DNA of 27,533 bases from Thermoproteota archaeon. Its GTDB lineage: Archaea; Korarchaeota; Korarchaeia; Korarchaeales; Korarchaeaceae. The stretch is from the NCBI GenBank assembly GCA_027491735.1, contig JAOZGP010000033.1, positions 1 to 27,533 on the forward strand, read 5' to 3'. Of the stretch, positions 25,936 through 27,533 are shown one piece after another. A program made the position numbers and the translations under genes. Position 1 is the stretch's first letter. Each line of letters starts with the position of its first letter. The notes under the pieces are model-generated. The model saw only the letters and a program-made list of their open reading frames with translations, searched no databases and was not told where the DNA came from.

Positions 25936-27319
25936 CTCTTACAGCTCTCTCAGGTTCCGGATATGCGGGGATACCAAGCTGCTCGAACCTCCTCCTGAAC
26001 TCCCTCGCGTAAGATCCCTCTCCAACGTCGACCATCACGATAGGCTTGCCCTTCATGTCCACAGCAGCTATCTTGCTCGGAAGCTCTCCTGTCACCCCAG
26101 GGACGTGATGAAGAGCCAGCATTATTATTCCATCGACTTGAGGATCGTCCACGAGCACCCTCAGAGATTCAACAAACGACTCGTTGGTGGCAGAGCCTGT
26201 CAGATCTATTGGGTTGTGTATGGCAGCTATCGGAGGTACAACTCCAGCTTCCATGAGTTTCCTGAGCTTTCTCTCAGATTCCTCACTGGTCCTCGGAGCC
26301 TGCAGTCCACACATCTCGACGGCGTCAGCTGTCATGACTCCCACACCACCTCCATCTGTGAGAATCGCTATCCTCGGTCCCCCAGCCGGAGGCTGCGTCA
26401 CGAGGGCCTTGGCCATGTCGAACATGTGCTCCATATCGTCGGCCCTGAGGATGCCTGCCTGCTTGAAGGCTGCCTCATAGATGCGGTCAGACCCGGCTAT
26501 CGCTGCTGTATGGCTTGATGCAGCTCTGGATCCAGCACTGGTCCTTCCCGCCTTCAGGACAACTATGGGCTTCCTCTGGGTTATCCTCCTGGCGATCTCC
26601 AAGAACTCTCTTCCTCTGTCTATCGACTCCGAATACATCAAGATGACCTTTGTTTGATCGTCATTCCCGAGGTACTCCATGAGCTCCACCTCGTCGACGT
26701 CAGCCTTATTCCCATAGCTCACGAACTTAGCGAGACCTATGTTCTCCCCGTACATGTAGTCCAGACAAGCAACTCCAAAGGCCCCTGACTGGGAGATCAG
26801 GGATATGCTGCCTGGTGCTGGTCTGGGCAGCGACTCGAGAGGACGTCCCTCGAATTCCTTGCTCACAGGGAGAAACATTGTGTCCACGCCGTGATCCGGA
26901 ACCACAACTCCTACGCAGTTTGGACCTATCAACCTCATGCCGTATTTCCTACAGATCGAGACGAGCTCCTCTTGAATCCTCTTGCCCTTCTCTCCGACCT
27001 CCGCAAATCCTCCGCTGATCACTATGATGTTCTTGATGCCCTTTCTTCCACACTCCTCAGCTACAGCATTCACGAACTTGGCTGGCACGACTATCACAGC
27101 TAGATCAGGAACCTCTGGAAGCTCCTCAACTGTTCTGAATGTCGGAACACCTAGTATGTCCTCGCCGGGCTGTGGATTAGTGGCGTACAGCCTACCCCTG
27201 AAGATCCCCCTGCTCTTGTAGGTCAGCATTACCTCGAGAAGAGCATGACCAACTTTTCCCGGCTTGCGAGAAGCCCCTGCCACGACAATGGAGTTGGGGT
27301 GAAAGAACCTGTCCAGCAT
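25892..27319 (-). CDS. acdA: Acetyl-CoA synthetase (ADP-forming) alpha subunit
   Basis: FFHPNSIVVAGAS, IGPNCVG, ISQSGA, SYGNKADV, AASSHT phospho-His, NPIDLTG; ATG 27319 follows GAGGTGG. Confidence 0.94.
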   Translation of the reverse strand: MLDRFFHPNSIVVAGASRKPGKVGHALLEVMLTYKSRGIFRGRLYATNPQPGEDILGVPTFRTVEELPEVPDLAVIVVPAKFVNAVAEECGRKGIKNIIVISGGFAEVGEKGKRIQEELVSICRKYGMRLIGPNCVGVVVPDHGVDTMFLPVSKEFEGRPLESLPRPAPGSISLISQSGAFGVACLDYMYGENIGLAKFVSYGNKADVDEVELMEYLGNDDQTKVILMYSESIDRGREFLEIARRITQRKPIVVLKAGRTSAGSRAASSHTAAIAGSDRIYEAAFKQAGILRADDMEHMFDMAKALVTQPPAGGPRIAILTDGGGVGVMTADAVEMCGLQAPRTSEESERKLRKLMEAGVVPPIAAIHNPIDLTGSATNESFVESLRVLVDDPQVDGIIMLALHHVPGVTGELPSKIAAVDMKGKPIVMVDVGEGSYAREFRRRFEQLGIPAYPEPERAVRAMKALVDYGSVRSR

Positions 27320-27533
27320 CTGACCACCTCTCAGCTTAGGCATCAAGAGTTCTTTTAACAATTTTTACTGTCATGGATCTCGCGACGGTGGAGTTGAGGA
27401 GGATCCACAGGAGGTTCTGAGAAAGTCCCTCGCCTCAGCGGGAGGATGAATCAGGGAGTGGGTTGGAGACTGTTCGTCAGATCAAGTACCCTGCATCGAG
27501 CTTCAGGATGGTGAGGTCCTGACTGTACGCTAC

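Noticed and set aside
27370-27533. Possible + strand gene start at the right edge
   Set aside because: All frames are interrupted by stops or lack a start codon; cannot be called without flanking sequence

Overview
Archaeal DNA of about 50% GC, probably from a thermophilic TACK-like lineage. This is inferred from the bifunctional FBP aldolase/phosphatase, short archaeal TIM, ADP-forming acetyl-CoA synthetase, IorAB, TATA boxes and GGTGA/GGAGG ribosome-binding sites. The first ~2.1 kb is an accessory patch: an AbiEi/AbiEii-like type IV toxin-antitoxin pair with a doubly frameshifted toxin, a 45-bp-period promoter repeat and a broken PRTase-like gene. Most of the rest is housekeeping: SDR epimerase, MrfA/Hrq1-like helicase, EamA transporter, DHH phosphoesterase, Lrp, thiolase-iorB-iorA, a divergent secretion ATPase plus membrane partner, serS, speE, fbp, tpiA, K+-independent hppA, a CX5R phosphatase and acdA. 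The strongest candidate for a new system is a tightly coupled three-gene operon at 22018-25379 (- strand). It encodes an N-formylglutamate-amidohydrolase-like metallohydrolase, a GCS2/YbdK-like carboxylate-amine ligase and a circularly permuted RimK-like ATP-grasp ligase, suggesting synthesis and turnover of a gamma-glutamyl peptide. Also noted: probable CTG starts for iorA and iorB, a long branched hairpin after lrp, and two possible IS200/IS605 right-end (omegaRNA) relics. All calls come from reading motifs by eye; no database search was run.
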